A DNA stretch of 64,000 nucleotides, from NCBI GenBank assembly GCA_045646345.1, contig JAZRKN010000006.1, positions 49,963-113,962 on the forward strand, written 5' to 3'. The translations under genes and the position numbers were made by a program. The stretch is from Candidatus Scatovivens sp. (GTDB lineage Bacteria > Bacillota > Clostridia > TANB77 > CAG-508). The number at the start of each line of letters is the position of its first letter. Within the stretch, counting starts at the first letter, position 1. The notes below the pieces were generated by a model. It saw nothing but the letters and a program-made list of their open reading frames with translations. It was not told where the DNA came from and did no database searches. Shown here one piece after another: positions 1 to 9,688 of this stretch.

Positions 1-540
1 CCCATCCACTCCATCAGTTAAATTTACTGCATTTGTACTTGCAAGCATTACTAATATTGTAAATGGTATATATAGCCAAATAGGTAAATTCAAATTATAA
101 TTAATTATTGGTATTATAATGTCTGTTCCTAGACCAACATATTTTATTAAAAACATTGTATATAATACAGAAATTATCAAAAGCCCAAACATTTTTAATT
201 TAGGATTTAATCCTTCTGTATTTTTTAAAACAACTTTTTTAAAATCATCTATAAAACCAACTATTCCAAATCCAATACTTGCTGCCGCAATTGCTAAAAT
301 TGGAACAATTAATTCCTTAGTTGGATTTAAAATACAATATATTGAAACAAAAACAATTATTGAAATCATCATCATAATTCCTCCCATTGTTGGTGTTCCT
401 TGTTTTTTTAGATGTGCTCTAGGCCCACATGCTCTTTCATTTTGACCTACTTTTAATTTTTTCAAAATTGGTATTATAATTTTACCCAAAATAGCTGTTA
501 GTACAAAAGATAAAATTAAAAATATTATCTGTGTTGTCAT
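1..540 (-). CDS. mraY: Phospho-N-acetylmuramoyl-pentapeptide transferase (runs off the window edge)
   Basis: Not in the ORF track. ATG at 540 overlaps the murE TAA. Translation MTTQIIFL...GPRAHLKKQGTPTMGG...TNAVNLTDGVDG contains both MraY signature motifs. Confidence 0.95.
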   Translation of the reverse strand, partial: MTTQIIFLILSFVLTAILGKIIIPILKKLKVGQNERACGPRAHLKKQGTPTMGGIMMMISIIVFVSIYCILNPTKELIVPILAIAAASIGFGIVGFIDDFKKVVLKNTEGLNPKLKMFGLLIISVLYTMFLIKYVGLGTDIIIPIINYNLNLPIWLYIPFTILVMLASTNAVNLTDGVDG

Positions 541-2012
541 TATTTTTTCTCTCCTAATATTTCTTTTACAATTATTCTTTCGTCAAATGGGAATTTTTCA
601 CCTTTAATTTCTTGGTACACTTCATGACCTTTTCCAGCTAAAATTACTAAATCTCTTTTTCCCATCATTTTTATAGCTTTTTCGATAGCTTCTCTTCTGT
701 CTACTACTATTTCATATTTTCCTTTTGTTTTTTCGATTCCTTTTTCAATATCTTTTATGATATCTTCTGGTTCCTCAGATCTTGGATTATCAGTTGTTAC
801 AATAGTATAATCCGCTAATCTTCCTGCAACCTCTCCCATACGAGGTCTTTTTTCTCTATCTCTATCTCCGCCACAACCAAATACACAAATTACTTTTCCT
901 GGTGTATATGTTTTTGTTGCTTGAAGTATATTTTCTAAACTTTCTGCTGTATGAGCATAATCTAACATTATTGGTAATTCAGCTTTGTTAGGAACTAACT
1001 CATTTCTTCCTGGTACCAATATTGTCTCTAAAGCTTCTTTTATTTTATCAACTTCTATTCCTAATGCAGATGCTAAAGATATTGTAGCCAAAGCATTGTA
1101 AACACTATATCTTCCTGGAATATTTACTTTTATTCTTTCATTTCTCATTCCAAGTTTTACTTTAAAATCTACACTTACATTTGTTATTGTTATATCTTTT
1201 GCTAATAAATCAGCTTTATTATCTACTGCATAAGTTGTTATATTGCAATTTGGAGAATTTTTTATTATTTTTGGACATTTAAAATCGTCACTATTTACAA
1301 ATCCTCTTGGACACATTTGGAATAATTTTAATTTTGATTCAAAATATTCGTTCATATCCGCGTGTTCTTTTTCGCTTATATGATCTTTATATAAATTTGT
1401 AAATACTCCGTAGTCAAAATTACAACCTTCAACTCTAGATAATTTTAGACTTTGTGAAGATACTTCCATAACAACATAGTCACATTTGGCTTTTGCCATT
1501 TTATAAAATAACCCTTGAAGTTCTAAGCTTTCTGGAGTTGTTCTATTACTATATCCTAAACATTCGTCACCGATGTAGTTAGCAATAGTTCCTATCAATC
1601 CAACTTTATAACCTGCTTTTTCTAAAACAGCTTTAATCATATGTGTTGTTGTTGTTTTTCCTTTTGTTCCTGTAACACCTATAAGTTTAAAATATCTTGA
1701 TGGATTCCCAAAATAATTACATGATACTCTTGCTAACGCTTTTCTTGTATCATCTGTAATTATTACTGTTATTCCACTTGGTATTTTTAATTTAGAAAAA
1801 TCTGCAGACATATCTAACATTACTGCTGTAGCTCCATTTTCTATAGCTTCAGCAACATATGTATGCCCATCAAAATCATATCCTCTTATTGCTATAAATA
1901 AAGAATTTGGTACAATTTTTTTAGAATTGCATTCCACTTTCTTTATATCAATTTCTACATCTCCCTTTGCTTTATAATTTTCAATTCCTGCTAATAGTTT
2001 TTTTAATTCCAT
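540..2012 (-). CDS. murE: UDP-MurNAc-dipeptide:meso-DAP ligase
   Basis: GVTGTKGKTT P-loop, TTPES, MEVSS, DYAHT, FGCGGDRD, DNPR (DAP-type) and AGKGHE motifs. Confidence 0.96.
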   Translation of the reverse strand: MELKKLLAGIENYKAKGDVEIDIKKVECNSKKIVPNSLFIAIRGYDFDGHTYVAEAIENGATAVMLDMSADFSKLKIPSGITVIITDDTRKALARVSCNYFGNPSRYFKLIGVTGTKGKTTTTHMIKAVLEKAGYKVGLIGTIANYIGDECLGYSNRTTPESLELQGLFYKMAKAKCDYVVMEVSSQSLKLSRVEGCNFDYGVFTNLYKDHISEKEHADMNEYFESKLKLFQMCPRGFVNSDDFKCPKIIKNSPNCNITTYAVDNKADLLAKDITITNVSVDFKVKLGMRNERIKVNIPGRYSVYNALATISLASALGIEVDKIKEALETILVPGRNELVPNKAELPIMLDYAHTAESLENILQATKTYTPGKVICVFGCGGDRDREKRPRMGEVAGRLADYTIVTTDNPRSEEPEDIIKDIEKGIEKTKGKYEIVVDRREAIEKAIKMMGKRDLVILAGKGHEVYQEIKGEKFPFDERIIVKEILGEKK

Positions 2013-2221
2013 TTGAAATTCCTCCGAATTTTTTTCAAAAAATGCAAAATCTTACATTATTTTTTTAAGTCTGTAAACACAAAATTTCCATTTTATATTT
2101 ACTCAATGCTATTATATAGCAAAATCATTTTTTTGTACAGAAAATCTTTATAATTATTATTAATTTTATTAGTATTTTTCAATATTATTCTTCTGTTTTT
2201 TTAGTATTTTTTATTTAATTT

Positions 2222-2259
2222 AAAAAACAAGAGAGAGCGTGAAATATCACGACTCTCTC
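2222..2259 (-). terminator. Intrinsic terminator of the orphan gene
   Basis: GAGAGAG.CGTGA/TCACG.CTCTCTC hairpin followed by TTGTTTTTT on the minus strand. Confidence 0.8.
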
Positions 2260-2284
2260 CGTCTGTGTCCTCATCAAAACTTAC

Positions 2285-2962
2285 TTAAAAATACAAAAAC
2301 GCTCTTGTTCTCGCTTCAGGAATCCTAAAATCCTGGCTGTAAATATAGCGTTTTCTGGCAACATAATTGCCTTCGCCGTCACTAAACGGCTGTCCTTCTC
2401 TTGCGACTACTTTGTCAGCAAATTTTTCATTGGTCCATTCCATTTCAAAAATGTTACCAAGAAGCTGACTCAAGGTGGCGCCGCCGCAATCTCGATTAAG
2501 AATTTCTTTTTGCTCAGCTATGTTTTGAGGACTGTTAAGCCATTCAGATTCGGTCAAAAAACCAGTCTCAATAAGCCACTTTCCAAGAGTATCATATACC
2601 ACTCCATAAGGAAGAGTAGACTTAAGTTCCGGAATTCTCAGTGCTTCTGCGGTATTAACAGCCTCGTCATAGCTTCCTCCCATTTCATCCAAAAAATCTT
2701 TGGTAAGGAAAAAGCCATGATTTTTTCTTATACTTTCGATAACTTCTTCGGGAACAGATTCGTGAAACCAAGTATCAGAAAATATTTCTGCATCATCCCA
2801 GGCCACTCTTTCAAATTCCAAGAAGTCTGTGCGGAAGAAGGTAATTTCTCTCCCTAAATATTCCATTGTTACTCCAACAATGCCATTCTTAGGAGTGGAA
2901 ATTATCTTTTTGATTACTGCGCATGCAGGCACACGCAATTCAAAGACACGATTCTCAGTCAT
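2285..2962 (-). CDS. Orphan hypothetical protein (225 aa), GC-richer than its neighbours
   Basis: GGAGGT RBS, TTGCAA-N17-TATTAT promoter and its own terminator. No family recognised. Confidence 0.8.
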   Translation of the reverse strand: MTENRVFELRVPACAVIKKIISTPKNGIVGVTMEYLGREITFFRTDFLEFERVAWDDAEIFSDTWFHESVPEEVIESIRKNHGFFLTKDFLDEMGGSYDEAVNTAEALRIPELKSTLPYGVVYDTLGKWLIETGFLTESEWLNSPQNIAEQKEILNRDCGGATLSQLLGNIFEMEWTNEKFADKVVAREGQPFSDGEGNYVARKRYIYSQDFRIPEARTRAFLYF

Positions 2963-3070
2963 TTTTGGTTACCTCCATGTTGTTTCTTTGAGAACTAAGT
3001 TTTGCGCCGAAAATATAATACTGCATTTTTCTTGTTTTTGCAAGCTTTTTAACAAAACATCAGCACCAAA

Positions 3071-4846
3071 TTAATTTTGTTTTTCTATTTCTAAATAATC
3101 TAAAACTTCTTGCAGAATTTTACCGGCTACTGGTGCCGCAACAGTTCCACCTTGATGTCCCGATAGTCCAGTTGGATTATATAAAGTTACTAAAATACAC
3201 ATTTGAGGATTATCTGTAGGAGCAACCCCAATAAAAGACGTAACATATTTTCCTGTATTAACACCATCTTCTGAAGTACCAGTTTTTCCGCCTATATTGT
3301 AACCTTGCACTCTAGCATTTTTCCCAGTTCCTTCTGCAACAACCGAAGTCATCATGCTTAGGACATCCCTTGCAGTTTCTTCTGATATAACTTGATTTTT
3401 ATATATCGGTTGTATAATTTCTTTTTCTCCGGTTTTATTATTTATAATTTCTTTTACAACTCTCGGAGAAACATATTTTCCTTCATTTGCAATAGCTGAT
3501 ACCATTGTTATCATTTGAATTGGAGTAACTTCAAATCTCTGGCCAAAACTTATAGTTGCCAGTTCAACAGGTCCTACTTTTTCTTCTTTTAAAAATATCG
3601 AACCAGCTTCACCAATCAAATCTATTCCTGTTTTTTCTAAAAATCCAAATTTCCTTAAATATTCATAATATTTAGTAACACCAATTTTTTGCCCCAGACC
3701 AATAAAAACCGGATTACATGAATTCATCAACCCTTCTCTCAAACTTTGACTACCATGTGGTCTATAATATCTCCAGCATTTTATTCTTCTTCCTGCTATT
3801 TCAATTCCTCCAGAACATGAAAATGTTCCTTGTTTATCTGCTTGTGCAATATTTTCTTCAATTGCAGCTGACGCTGTTACAAGTTTAAATGTTGAACCCG
3901 GTTCATACGTATCTGCAACAGCTTTATTTCTCCACATTCCTTGAAGATATATAGATTTTTGTTTTGAATCTAATTCTTGCCAAATTCCCTTTACTTCCTC
4001 ATTATTTATTTCATATGGATTATTTAAATCATAGTATGGATATGTAGCCATTGACAAAATGTCACCATTTTGAGGATTCATCATAATAACATTTCCACCA
4101 TCTGTACACACATTGTCAATACAAGCTTCTTCTAAATATTTTTCTACTATTGCTTGAATATTCATATCAATAGTTAAAACTAGGTCACACCCTTTAATAG
4201 AATTTTCATATTCTTCACCAGAATCTCCAATTATATTTCCTTTTGCATCTAACATTTTACTTATACTTCCATTTTCACCTGTTAATATTTTATTGTACTT
4301 TGCTTCAATTCCATCTAATCCTTGATTATCACTTCCTACAAATCCAATAATATGAGAAGCTAAATTTCCATATGGATAAAATCTTTTCGTATCTTCATCT
4401 ATATTTATTCCTGCATATAAATTATTTTCTTCCATCCATACCCTTAATTTATCTGTTTTTTCTTTATCAACTCTTTGTGCAATAATTTCTATAGAACTAT
4501 TTTTATTAACTTTTTTAAACACCTTTTCATATTCAATTTCAAAAATATCAGATAATACTTTAGCAACTTTTTCTTTATTTTCTTTTGCTATATTTACCGG
4601 ATTAACAGTTACTTTTTGAGTTGTGCTGCTTTGAGCTAAAACAATTTCTCCACTTGCATCATATATTGTCCCTCTGTTAGCAGTTATACTTCTGCTAACA
4701 TATTGTTGTTTTTCTGATTTTTCCTTCCATTTTTCACCTTCTATGAATTGAATTATTGCGACTCTAACGCATACAATTATCCAACTTATAGTAACAGTTA
4801 TTAGTATAAATATTATTTTCTTTTTAGAATCCAAATTACTCTTCAT
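3071..4846 (-). CDS. spoVD: Class B penicillin-binding protein, SpoVD-like, no PASTA domain
   Basis: N-terminal TM, RGTIYD, EPGSTFK (SxxK), NSCN (SxN), GKTGT. dcw position and a sigmaE-like promoter. Confidence 0.8.
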   Translation of the reverse strand: MKSNLDSKKKIIFILITVTISWIIVCVRVAIIQFIEGEKWKEKSEKQQYVSRSITANRGTIYDASGEIVLAQSSTTQKVTVNPVNIAKENKEKVAKVLSDIFEIEYEKVFKKVNKNSSIEIIAQRVDKEKTDKLRVWMEENNLYAGINIDEDTKRFYPYGNLASHIIGFVGSDNQGLDGIEAKYNKILTGENGSISKMLDAKGNIIGDSGEEYENSIKGCDLVLTIDMNIQAIVEKYLEEACIDNVCTDGGNVIMMNPQNGDILSMATYPYYDLNNPYEINNEEVKGIWQELDSKQKSIYLQGMWRNKAVADTYEPGSTFKLVTASAAIEENIAQADKQGTFSCSGGIEIAGRRIKCWRYYRPHGSQSLREGLMNSCNPVFIGLGQKIGVTKYYEYLRKFGFLEKTGIDLIGEAGSIFLKEEKVGPVELATISFGQRFEVTPIQMITMVSAIANEGKYVSPRVVKEIINNKTGEKEIIQPIYKNQVISEETARDVLSMMTSVVAEGTGKNARVQGYNIGGKTGTSEDGVNTGKYVTSFIGVAPTDNPQMCILVTLYNPTGLSGHQGGTVAAPVAGKILQEVLDYLEIEKQN

Positions 4847-4875
4847 AATCTGCCCCCTAAATTAATCATTACTAA

Positions 4876-4904
4876 ATCTTATTTTTTTAATAATAAATAA
4901 TTCC
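4876..4904 (-). promoter_or_regulatory. sigmaE-like promoter of spoVD
   Basis: GGAATTA-N14-AATAAGAT, located just after the ftsL terminator. Confidence 0.5.
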
Positions 4905-4920
4905 AAAAAGATAAAAAAAC

Positions 4921-4958
4921 AAAAAAATAGACTCCCATTATTTTCTTGGAAATCTATT
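4921..4958 (-). terminator. Terminator after ftsL
   Basis: Imperfect AATAGA/TCTATT hairpin followed by a T-run on the minus strand. Confidence 0.55.
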
Positions 4959-4959
4959 C

Positions 4960-5529
4960 TTAAAACATTTTTTGTAATTTTTCAATCATTTGATCTAACC
5001 AATTTGTTTCTTCTTCAATAATAACCTTTTCTGTTCTTGGTTCAACAAAATCTTTTTTTGAAAGACTTATATATGACGTTTGTTTATTGCTTAATTTTTG
5101 CATTCCTAATAGTTCTTTTGCTTTTTGCTCAACATTATTTAAATTTAAACTATTTTGAATATTTATTTCTAATTGATCATTTGCTTTTTGTAATTCTGTA
5201 ATTTGCAATTTTAAGTTTTGTATTTGTGTAAATGATTCACTAATTCTTGAATTCATAAATAACATGAAAAACACTATTACAAACAATATTGCGCTCTTAA
5301 AAAATATTGCTACTTTTGTTTTCGCTATTAATGCATTTTTTGCTTTTTGTTCTTCTTGTTTTTTCTTAGCTTTATTCATATCATCTTGCTTTTTAGATGT
5401 TGTAATTTTTGCTTTTTGTTTTATTTTAGCTTTATTATACTGATTAGCATTTTTTCTTGGTTTATTATATTCTGGTTTTATTTTTCTTGGGCTTGTCTCA
5501 TATTGATAAGCATATTGTCTACTTGGCAT
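4960..5529 (-). CDS. ftsL: FtsL/DivIC-like septum formation protein
   Basis: Start reassigned to MPSRQ (AAAGGAGG RBS). Basic N-terminus, one TM, coiled coil, IEQKAKELLGM-type motif; directly after rsmH. Confidence 0.75.
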   Translation of the reverse strand: MPSRQYAYQYETSPRKIKPEYNKPRKNANQYNKAKIKQKAKITTSKKQDDMNKAKKKQEEQKAKNALIAKTKVAIFFKSAILFVIVFFMLFMNSRISESFTQIQNLKLQITELQKANDQLEINIQNSLNLNNVEQKAKELLGMQKLSNKQTSYISLSKKDFVEPRTEKVIIEEETNWLDQMIEKLQKMF

Positions 5530-5563
5530 AGTGTTCCTCCTTTCTTTAGTATTCTTTGAATCA

Positions 5564-6490
5564 TTATTTTTTCTCAAATATTCTTAATTTTGCACTTTTA
5601 CTTCTTGAATTTTCTTCCATTTCTTCTTCCGTTGGAAGCATCGGTTTTCTAGTAATTACTTTTCCCTTACTTACTGCTCCACACATACAATAAGGTAAAC
5701 CTGGTGGACATGTACATTTTCCTGCAGCATCATTAAATGCATTTTTTACAGCTCTATCTTCTAAAGAGTGAAATGTTAAAATACAAAGTCTCCCTCCTGG
5801 TTTTAATGCATCTATAGAATCCATTACCGTATTATATAATGGTTTAATTTCATCATTTACTTCTATTCTTATTGCTTGAAAAGTTCTTTTTGCAGGATGT
5901 CCCTCACCTTTTCTTCTTGGCAAAACTTCTTCTATTATATTAACAAGTTCTTCTGTTGTTTCTATTTCTTTTATTTTTCTATGTTCAACAATTTTTCTAG
6001 CAATTGGTCTTGAAAATTTTTCTTCACCATATTCAAAAATAATTTTCGCCAATTCCTCTTCTTTATATGTATTTACAACATCTTTTGCTGTTAAGCTTTG
6101 AGTTTGATCCATTCTCATATCAAGCTCTCCACTTCCCATATAACTAAATCCTCTATTTCTCTCATCTAGCTGATAAGAAGAAACTCCTAAATCTAATAAA
6201 ATACCGTCTACTCCAACAATATCTAGATTTTCTAAGATATTTTTTAAATTATCATGATTATCATGAACATATGTAACATTCGGAAAATCTTTTAATCTTT
6301 CCTTTGCAACACAAATAGCTTCTTGATCTCTATCAATTCCGATAAGAAGCCCATTTTTAGATATTTTTTTCGCAATTTCTTTGCTGTGTCCAGCACCACC
6401 CATAGTTCCATCAACATATATTCCATCTGGATTTATGTTTAGTCCTTGGATACATTCTTCAAGCATTACTGATTTATGATTAAATTCCAA
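5564..6490 (-). CDS. rsmH: 16S rRNA m4C1402 methyltransferase
   Basis: TTG start at 6490 after [42 protein letters not shown]. Confidence 0.96.
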   Translation of the reverse strand: MEFNHKSVMLEECIQGLNINPDGIYVDGTMGGAGHSKEIAKKISKNGLLIGIDRDQEAICVAKERLKDFPNVTYVHDNHDNLKNILENLDIVGVDGILLDLGVSSYQLDERNRGFSYMGSGELDMRMDQTQSLTAKDVVNTYKEEELAKIIFEYGEEKFSRPIARKIVEHRKIKEIETTEELVNIIEEVLPRRKGEGHPAKRTFQAIRIEVNDEIKPLYNTVMDSIDALKPGGRLCILTFHSLEDRAVKNAFNDAAGKCTCPPGLPYCMCGAVSKGKVITRKPMLPTEEEMEENSRSKSAKLRIFEKK

Positions 6491-6556
6491 ACTATTACCC
6501 TCATGATAAAATTTTCTTAAATTAGCATAAACAGTTGGCATTTATATACCAACTGT

Positions 6557-6816
6557 CTTGCTTAATTGTAATTTTATCTTTTGTAATTAAAAACTTTTTC
6601 TTTCGTATCTTAAAACTTTCTTTTGTGTTATATAGTTTTACCTTGGTAAATTATATATTTTTTCTTTAGTATTACAAAACTTCTTTTGTAAACTTTTTCC
6701 TTATTTTCTTTAGTTTCCTAAAGTTTTTTCTTTTGTATGCTTTTTCATTCGTACTTTAAAAATCTTTTGTATCTTAAAATTTTATCTTTGGAATGTTTTA
6801 TATAAACTTTAGCAAG
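6557..6816 (-). repeat. Array of 11 TACNAAAGA-like motifs bracketed by an inverted repeat
   Basis: Plus-strand TCTTTNGTA is exact at 6577, 6599, 6663, 6682, 6729, 6763 and has 1-2 mismatches at 6619, 6640, 6707, 6745, 6785. Ends are CTTGCT...AGCAAG. Confidence 0.7.
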
Positions 6817-7242
6817 TTATATACCAAGCATTTCCATTTTTTCTGCAATTTCATCTGCAGAAATATCAGCATCACATTGTTGCCATTTTTCTTTGCTCCA
6901 AATTTCAATTCTTGAGTCCATACCTACTATTACAACTTCTTTTGTAAGTCCGGCAAATTCTCTTAAATTTCCTGAAATTAAAAATCTTCCTTGCTTATCT
7001 ATTTCACAATCCATTGCACCAGCGAAGAAAAATCTTGAAAACGCTCTCGCATCTTTATTAGAAATTGGAAGAGATCTCAATTTTGCCTCAAAATTCTTCC
7101 ATTCTTCAATAGAAAAAGCGAATAAACAGCCATCTAAACCTTTTGTTATTATGAACTTTTCACCGATATCTTCTCTTAGCTTAGCCGGCATAATTAATCT
7201 GCCTTTAGCATCTAGAGAATGCTCATATTCACCAATTAACAA
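6817..7242 (-). CDS. mraZ: Division/cell wall cluster transcriptional repressor
   Basis: [17 protein letters not shown] and RIEIWS motifs; TTG start with AAGGAG RBS. Confidence 0.96.
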   Translation of the reverse strand: MLIGEYEHSLDAKGRLIMPAKLREDIGEKFIITKGLDGCLFAFSIEEWKNFEAKLRSLPISNKDARAFSRFFFAGAMDCEIDKQGRFLISGNLREFAGLTKEVVIVGMDSRIEIWSKEKWQQCDADISADEIAEKMEMLGI

Positions 7243-7266
7243 TGGCTACAACTCCTTTCCTTTTTC

Positions 7267-7295
7267 TACCACTTTGTACCACTTTTCTCCACTTT
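7267..7295 (-). promoter_or_regulatory. MraZ operator: three AAAGTGG direct repeats with 10-bp period
   Basis: AAAGTGGAG-AAAAGTGGTA-CAAAGTGGTA lies just downstream of a TTGCAA-N17-TAAAAT promoter and matches the known MraZ-binding repeat architecture. Confidence 0.85.
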
Positions 7296-7459
7296 ACCTA
7301 AATTTTAATATATAACATTTTATTTTGCAAGTATTTTTTCCATATTTTTTAAATTTATTAAATATCAGTTTATAATTACTTGTTTTTTTATAAAAAATAC
7401 TCTTTAAAACATAAAAAAGAACTCTTATTTTTTTTAATAGAGTTCTTAAAATTATAATT

Positions 7460-8083
7460 TTATAAATTTATTTCTTCATCAATATCAATTTCTTCTGGAA
7501 TTCTTTTCATTTCATTTCTTAAACAAGTAAACCTATCTGCCACTTGTTTTCCTGCTGTTACTAATAATTCTGGAAGTTCGAATTGACTAACAATTGTTTG
7601 TGGTGCTTCTCTTCCTTCTTCGTTTACAAATCTTCTGCTTTCTTCATCATAGTAGAACCATTCTCCTCTTCCTGATACATCTTCTGTTGGTACTACTATT
7701 ACATCTTGAGTCCATCTACCATTAACTTTTATCATCCCTTTACCTCTAAGATGTTCTTCCTCTTTTTTAGTATTATATGGTGAATCATTATTATATATTC
7801 TAATTCTCTTTATTCCTTTAGAATCTTTTATTAATGTTCTTAACATTTCTCCGTGATCATCTACTAAAAATTCACTGTGTATACTTTTATTAGGATCTTT
7901 TGCTTCTATGTCAATTCCCATTGTTCTCCAAATTTCTGGTGCTTCCATCCACCATTCTCTAGTTCGATGTCCTATATATATTCCCATATCCATTAATGTA
8001 AATATCACTGAATAATCTTTTTTATCTAATGCATATTGTTTATTATCTTCGGAATTTGAAACTAATCTCATAACTTCCTCCAT
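7460..8083 (-). CDS. Hypothetical protein (207 aa, soluble, acidic)
   Basis: Long ORF with AAGGTAG RBS and a terminator hairpin at about 7413-7447. No family recognised. Confidence 0.75.
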   Translation of the reverse strand: MEEVMRLVSNSEDNKQYALDKKDYSVIFTLMDMGIYIGHRTREWWMEAPEIWRTMGIDIEAKDPNKSIHSEFLVDDHGEMLRTLIKDSKGIKRIRIYNNDSPYNTKKEEEHLRGKGMIKVNGRWTQDVIVVPTEDVSGRGEWFYYDEESRRFVNEEGREAPQTIVSQFELPELLVTAGKQVADRFTCLRNEMKRIPEEIDIDEEINL

Positions 8084-8207
8084 TTATTTTTTACTACCTT
8101 TTTATTATACCACCGTTTACATAAAATTACAATCTTTTTATCAAAATCTTCTTTGACATTATTATTCATTTATGATAATGTTTTCATATAAATTTAAGGA
8201 GAATATT

Positions 8208-8696
8208 ATGTTTAATCAAGTAGAAATATATGGTTTAGTTCTTAATGTAATAATTTATATTTTAATGGTTTTACCCATTATTTTATTCTCTTTTAAAAAA
8301 TCTATTTACACTTCTAATAAGAAATTTTTATCATCTCTTAGTTTTTCAATTATTTTAGAAATTATCTTTTCAATTATTTTATATAATTTTTCTAAAAATA
8401 TTTTTTCTATCTTCACATCAACAACAGGAATAATAAACTATGCAGTTTATGCTTCAAAAATTTTATTTATTTCTAGTAGTTTATATGGATTTAAAATTTT
8501 AGTACCTGCATATATTTCACAAAAAAGTATTAAAAAAACAGTGATTTTGATCTTATCAAAAATCACCGTTCATATCTTTTTTATTATATTAGGTTATAGT
8601 ATTTTTAATATCAAAGGAATTTTATATTCTATTCCTATTTGCGATATTTTATACTACATTATTTATTTCAAAATTTTCTTAAATATTTTCAGATAA
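8208..8696 (+). CDS. Membrane protein resembling half of a MATE-family transporter
   Basis: AAGGAG RBS before MFNQ. About 5 TM segments; IFSIFT...A and GILYSIPICD resemble the MATE C-terminal half. Confidence 0.55.
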   Translation: MFNQVEIYGLVLNVIIYILMVLPIILFSFKKSIYTSNKKFLSSLSFSIILEIIFSIILYNFSKNIFSIFTSTTGIINYAVYASKILFISSSLYGFKILVPAYISQKSIKKTVILILSKITVHIFFIILGYSIFNIKGILYSIPICDILYYIIYFKIFLNIFR

Positions 8697-9245
8697 TATA
8701 TCTAAATTCGCTTCTAATGCATCTGTTGTAGTAAATCCTGTTTTTGCATTAAACACTGTATTTGAAGAATCAATATAAATCATTGATGGTAACTTAGTTA
8801 TATCATATTTTTCAGCTGCCTCTTTGTATAAATCATAATAAATTTCTACAGTATATTTATCATTTAAACTTTCACGAATTTCTTCAGCTGTATTAATCAT
8901 AAAAAATTCTATTTTATCTTCATAGTCAGAATACATCAATTCTACTTTATCTAATACTTCCATTGAATCTTGATCATTTGGATTAAAGAATAAAATCATT
9001 ACAGCTTTATCTTTATAATCTGATAATTTTACTTCTTTTTTATCTGATGTGTAAACAGTAAAATCAGTATATTGAACACCTTCTAAATCTTCCGTTTCAG
9101 AAATTTCTTCTTCTACAACTATTTCTTGTTGTTGAACTGGTTCTTCTTCAACTTTAGTTGGCATTTTTGATACATAAATATAAAAAACCGAAGCTGCAAT
9201 TAATAGTAAAATTGAAAAAGTTAAGATTAAAATATTTTTTTTCAT
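8679..9245 (-). CDS. Membrane-anchored TlpA/ResA-like thioredoxin-fold protein lacking CxxC
   Basis: DFTV...VKLSDYKDKAVMILFF and YDITKLPSMIYID redoxin pattern; no cysteine in the protein. Confidence 0.75.
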   Translation of the reverse strand: MKKNILILTFSILLLIAASVFYIYVSKMPTKVEEEPVQQQEIVVEEEISETEDLEGVQYTDFTVYTSDKKEVKLSDYKDKAVMILFFNPNDQDSMEVLDKVELMYSDYEDKIEFFMINTAEEIRESLNDKYTVEIYYDLYKEAAEKYDITKLPSMIYIDSSNTVFNAKTGFTTTDALEANLDILSENI

Positions 9246-9368
9246 AGTTCCTCCTTTGTTAAAATTTCCTTTATTTTATCAATAAAACTTTTATTTGTAA
9301 ATAATAATAATTTATGCTATATTAATTACAAGCACTATAAATCTTATATAAAAAGAAAGGACATTTTT

Positions 9369-9632
9369 ATGAATTCTGAAATTAAAAATCAAGATAATTC
9401 TAATACATTAAAATTTTCAATAGATAGATTTGAAGAAAATTTTGCTGTTTTAGAAAACTGTCAAACTGGTGAAATCATCAACATTTCAATAACTGAATTG
9501 CCGGAAAATGCAATTGTTGGTTCGATTTTAAAGTTTGAAAATGGAAAATATATCTTAGATTTGGAAGAAACAAAACGCGAGCAAGAAATTGTTAAAAATA
9601 TGGTTGCAAATCTTTTCAAAAAGAAAGATTAA
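9369..9632 (+). CDS. DUF3006 family protein
   Basis: IDRFEENFAVLE...LPENA..GSIL pattern; adjacent to a ComEC-like MBL gene. Confidence 0.8.
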   Translation: MNSEIKNQDNSNTLKFSIDRFEENFAVLENCQTGEIINISITELPENAIVGSILKFENGKYILDLEETKREQEIVKNMVANLFKKKD

Positions 9633-9644
9633 TTTTATATAGAC

Positions 9645-9678
9645 AAAAAAAGAAAGTTTAAAAAAACTTTCTTTTTTT
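9645..9678. terminator. Bidirectional terminator
   Basis: AAAAAAAGAAAGTTT/AAACTTTCTTTTTTT inverted repeat between convergent genes. Confidence 0.8.
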
Positions 9679-9688
9679 ATTTATAAAT

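Noticed and set aside
119-445. Plus-strand 108-aa ORF and the many similar short antisense ORFs in the track
   Set aside because: They are shadows of well-supported opposite-strand genes (here mraY) and lack an RBS or recognisable motifs.
2240-2280. TTGATGAGGAC...GTC on the minus strand, resembling a hammerhead core
   Set aside because: No CUGANGA/GAAA core; the segment is explained by the terminator.
6557-6816. CRISPR or coding interpretation of the spacer array
   Set aside because: Repeats are only 9 nt with 7-16 nt low-complexity gaps, there are no cas genes, and no ORF of 60 aa or more is listed.
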